DNA of 62,701 nt, the filler included, from Globobulimina sp. (lineage: Eukaryota), in assembly GCA_003354225.1 (NCBI GenBank). It is 25 parts of 25 records of this genome, joined end to end, with 100 filler letters (N's around TTAATTAATTAA, not from the genome) between each part and the next. Parts side by side here need not be neighbours in the genome. Positions count along the whole stretch, not along the records: positions 60,292 to 62,701 come from PIVH01006845.1; 24 more parts are not named here. The stretch is one strand, 5' to 3'. A program made the position numbers and the translations under genes. Below the pieces are notes generated by a model. The model saw nothing but the letters and a program-made list of their open reading frames with translations, searched no databases and was not told the DNA's origin. How positions within the stretch are numbered: position 1 is the stretch's first letter; each line of letters opens with the position of its first letter. Positions 60,292 to 62,701 of this stretch are shown here, piece by piece.

Positions 60292-61084
60292 AAATAATTT
60301 TGCAAATATGAATGGCAAACGAGGTTTAATAGTCACATTTGGTGGCGGTGAGTATGGCGGTTCGGCATATTTTAGCTTGGATTGGCTCTCTGATTTTGCA
60401 AACGAGAAAGAATGTTTATTTGTTCAAACTGACAATCCATTGGAAATTGTAGATATTTGTTGTACGTGGAGTGGATTTGAAATGCATTCCATATTGAAAC
60501 CGTTGAAAATTGTTGATAAAATTTTTCGTTGTGGTTATATGCATGAAACGTTGGATGATGAGTTATGTGCTGTGATCAGCAAAATTGTTGACAATCAGCT
60601 GTCGTATAAATTTGCGGCGGAATTTCAAGCATTTGTAAGTTTGGATGAGTATGCTAAAGAATTGATAGATGTGTATTTTCGAAATAAATACAGAGTAGGA
60701 ATTGAGCTGAAAAAATCAAAGAAGTTTGTGTTGCATAAATTTAAACGAACAGATTTTGGCTGGATTAGATTGGATTTAATACAGACATTGTTTGCCAATC
60801 ATGAAATATTGAGTGTTTCGAAAGTACCATTAAATGAGAAAGTATTTGAGGATATTTTTCGTCATTTAAGGGAAAATATTGATATTAAATTGAAACTCAT
60901 TGAAATGGATCGGCCCAACTGCAGTGACGAAAGTGTTATCGAGTTGGTTTTTAGATATACACAGCGATTCAAGGAAATTGGATTTGATATTCATTTGTCA
61001 TATGATTGCATAGATTGGGAGCAGTTGGGTGGAGTGACAGAAGTGTATATTGAAAAAATTGACATTCCTATTCAAAAAAAGTAA
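60292..61084 (+). CDS. C-terminal fragment of a paralogue of the 55418 ART-like protein
   Basis: FA...RGLIVTF..YFSLDWLSDFANEKECLF, then Y..L.D.YF..K..V.I, parallel to 55418-57681. Confidence 0.6.
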
Positions 61085-61210
61085 CACTGCAATTTCATAA
61101 ATAATCTTTCTATAGTTTTCAGTGTAACTGAAGAATAAACCATAAAATGAAGGCTTGAATGATATGTCGGCGTGCCTAGTTTGCGTATAATATTCTCCGA
61201 CAAAAAACAT

Positions 61211-62608
61211 ATGATGGACACTAGTCACACTGTGTCAAATGTAGCGTTTGTAGTCAATATGCTTAATAGTTGTATAGGTGTTGGATTGTTAGCAAAACCA
61301 TATGCACTAATGATTGCTGGTTGGTATTCGTTTATATCAGTATCTATGGCATTCGTTGTCATATACTATACTGGACATCTATGGGCAAAAGTAACTATAA
61401 GAGCGTATAACATATCAAGCGATGAAAATATTAATTATGAGATGGTGAACATAGCTTCATCTGATCAGGACGCAGAACTCATGCAATCAAGTGATAATGA
61501 TCAGACTGCAGCGGTTGACATTGTCAAGAATAAAAAATCTGTATTTCAAGTATTGGGATACGCAGCGTTGGGGAAAGGCGGCGAACTGTATACCAGTCTC
61601 GCAACGCTGATCGTGTTATTTGGTGTATTTATTAGTATATCAATTATTGAATGGGAATTAATATCGAGAATTATTGAATATTCATTTAAATCTGAAGTGA
61701 TTCCATATTATTTACAAGAAGAATATATATTTATTTATATTTTTCTGTTTACATTACCAATCATTTTTGCCTTAAATTGGAAGCAACTGACATTTGTAGG
61801 GATAGTTTCTGTGATTAGTATCATCGTTATTGTATTAACTATTTTTGTGGTCTTTATATTGTGTCTGGCCACATTCAATTATGGCTCAGTCCCGGCAGCA
61901 TATTTCAATGATGATTCCAATTCACAAAATATTAATATAGCGCAGCATTCAATCGATGCAATGACAGAAAGTGAAAGGATGTTTTTTAGTTATCTTACAT
62001 TTAAGACAGGAATATCTGGCGCATCCACTATTCCTCCGTTGGTTATATCCATGAAAGACAAACGTTGGACTAATATTAGGCGTTTGATATTTGTCTCATA
62101 TGGTATTGTTACAGCATTCTGTGTACTGTTTGGCATATTTGGCGCTGCAGTGTATAGAGGCAATGTATCAATATTGATTGTCAATAATTTATTTGATTGG
62201 CCAGCCGGCATAGCGGTGGTACTCATTTGCATCATTAAGGTTGTCAATTTATGGGCATCTTTTGGATTATTGTTGTGCATTTTTTGTGATTTGTTTCAAA
62301 GCTCATTTTTAAGTATTAAAGGCGATGCAAACGATCGTAAAAAAAAATATTTATTGAGATTGTTTGTCGTGTTATTGACATTATGTATTTCATATTTGTT
62401 TCGTAATCATTTGGCATTTTTTATAGCAGTTCAAGGTGCGATTGCTTCCATGGTCGGTGCGGCGTTGATGTTGCCATTGGTTTTATATTTTGCAATGTTT
62501 TATCGCGAAATGACGTTTCTGTCGAAATTTATTCATGGATGCTTGTTTTTGTTTGCTGTTGGGGTTGGTGTCGATGTTTTGTGTGGTTCACTTGATCTCA
62601 TATTTTAA
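61211..62608 (+). CDS. Amino acid transporter (AAAP/Aa_trans family)
   Basis: NMLNSCIGVGLLAKPYAL..AGW, YYTG, SMKD, FGIFG..VY; about 11 TM helices. Confidence 0.88.
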   Translation: MMDTSHTVSNVAFVVNMLNSCIGVGLLAKPYALMIAGWYSFISVSMAFVVIYYTGHLWAKVTIRAYNISSDENINYEMVNIASSDQDAELMQSSDNDQTAAVDIVKNKKSVFQVLGYAALGKGGELYTSLATLIVLFGVFISISIIEWELISRIIEYSFKSEVIPYYLQEEYIFIYIFLFTLPIIFALNWKQLTFVGIVSVISIIVIVLTIFVVFILCLATFNYGSVPAAYFNDDSNSQNINIAQHSIDAMTESERMFFSYLTFKTGISGASTIPPLVISMKDKRWTNIRRLIFVSYGIVTAFCVLFGIFGAAVYRGNVSILIVNNLFDWPAGIAVVLICIIKVVNLWASFGLLLCIFCDLFQSSFLSIKGDANDRKKKYLLRLFVVLLTLCISYLFRNHLAFFIAVQGAIASMVGAALMLPLVLYFAMFYREMTFLSKFIHGCLFLFAVGVGVDVLCGSLDLIF

Positions 62609-62701
62609 ATTAACGCCAAACATGTACAACGCCATGGAATTGGATTTCATCGCGTGGTACCATAAGCTTTTGACATCCCATCTCAAATCGAGTTTGTTTT
62701 G

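Noticed and set aside
1-62701. Alternative nuclear code (TAR=Gln) for the host
   Set aside because: Conserved genes end at TAA at the expected positions and long ORFs are free of TAR.

Overview
This window is not a contiguous locus. It is 25 unrelated ~2.41-kb contigs, sorted by decreasing length (2414 to 2410 bp) and joined by artificial 100-nt spacers (N44-TTAATTAATTAA-N44, stops in all six frames). Contigs: 1-2414, 2515-4928, 5029-7442, 7543-9956, 10057-12470, 12571-14984, 15085-17497, 17598-20010, 20111-22523, 22624-25036, 25137-27549, 27650-30062, 30163-32574, 32675-35086, 35187-37597, 37698-40108, 40209-42619, 42720-45130, 45231-47641, 47742-50151, 50252-52661, 52762-55171, 55272-57681, 57782-60191, 60292-62701. 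Gene neighbourhood therefore only means something inside a contig. The DNA is AT-rich, gene-dense eukaryotic nuclear sequence with short GT-AG introns (50-220 nt) and the standard genetic code. The gene families (divergent G-alpha, SAM and PT-repeat receptors, Kelch, CFAP43) suggest a protist, most likely a foraminiferan/rhizarian; that is an inference. Recognisable genes include G-alpha, a pepsin-family protease, the CFAP43 C-terminus, CSL4, a TSUP transporter, SF3B3, a kinesin-10-like motor, MAO, ABCG, POT, GT60, an amino-acid permease and a choice-of-anchor-I protein. Mobile DNA includes an intact Penelope-like RT with no C-terminal endonuclease, the 3' half of an RNase H-bearing LINE, the 5' end of an LTR retrotransposon with a tRNA primer site, and three MITE-like inverted repeats. 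The strongest leads are: (1) an ORF-less ~400-nt intergenic segment (9157-9570) with many nested helices and two possible pseudoknots, which I could not assign to a known RNA family; (2) the endonuclease-less Penelope-like RT; (3) two independent members of a divergent ADP-ribosyltransferase-like family. All family calls come from motif recognition by eye; no searches were run.
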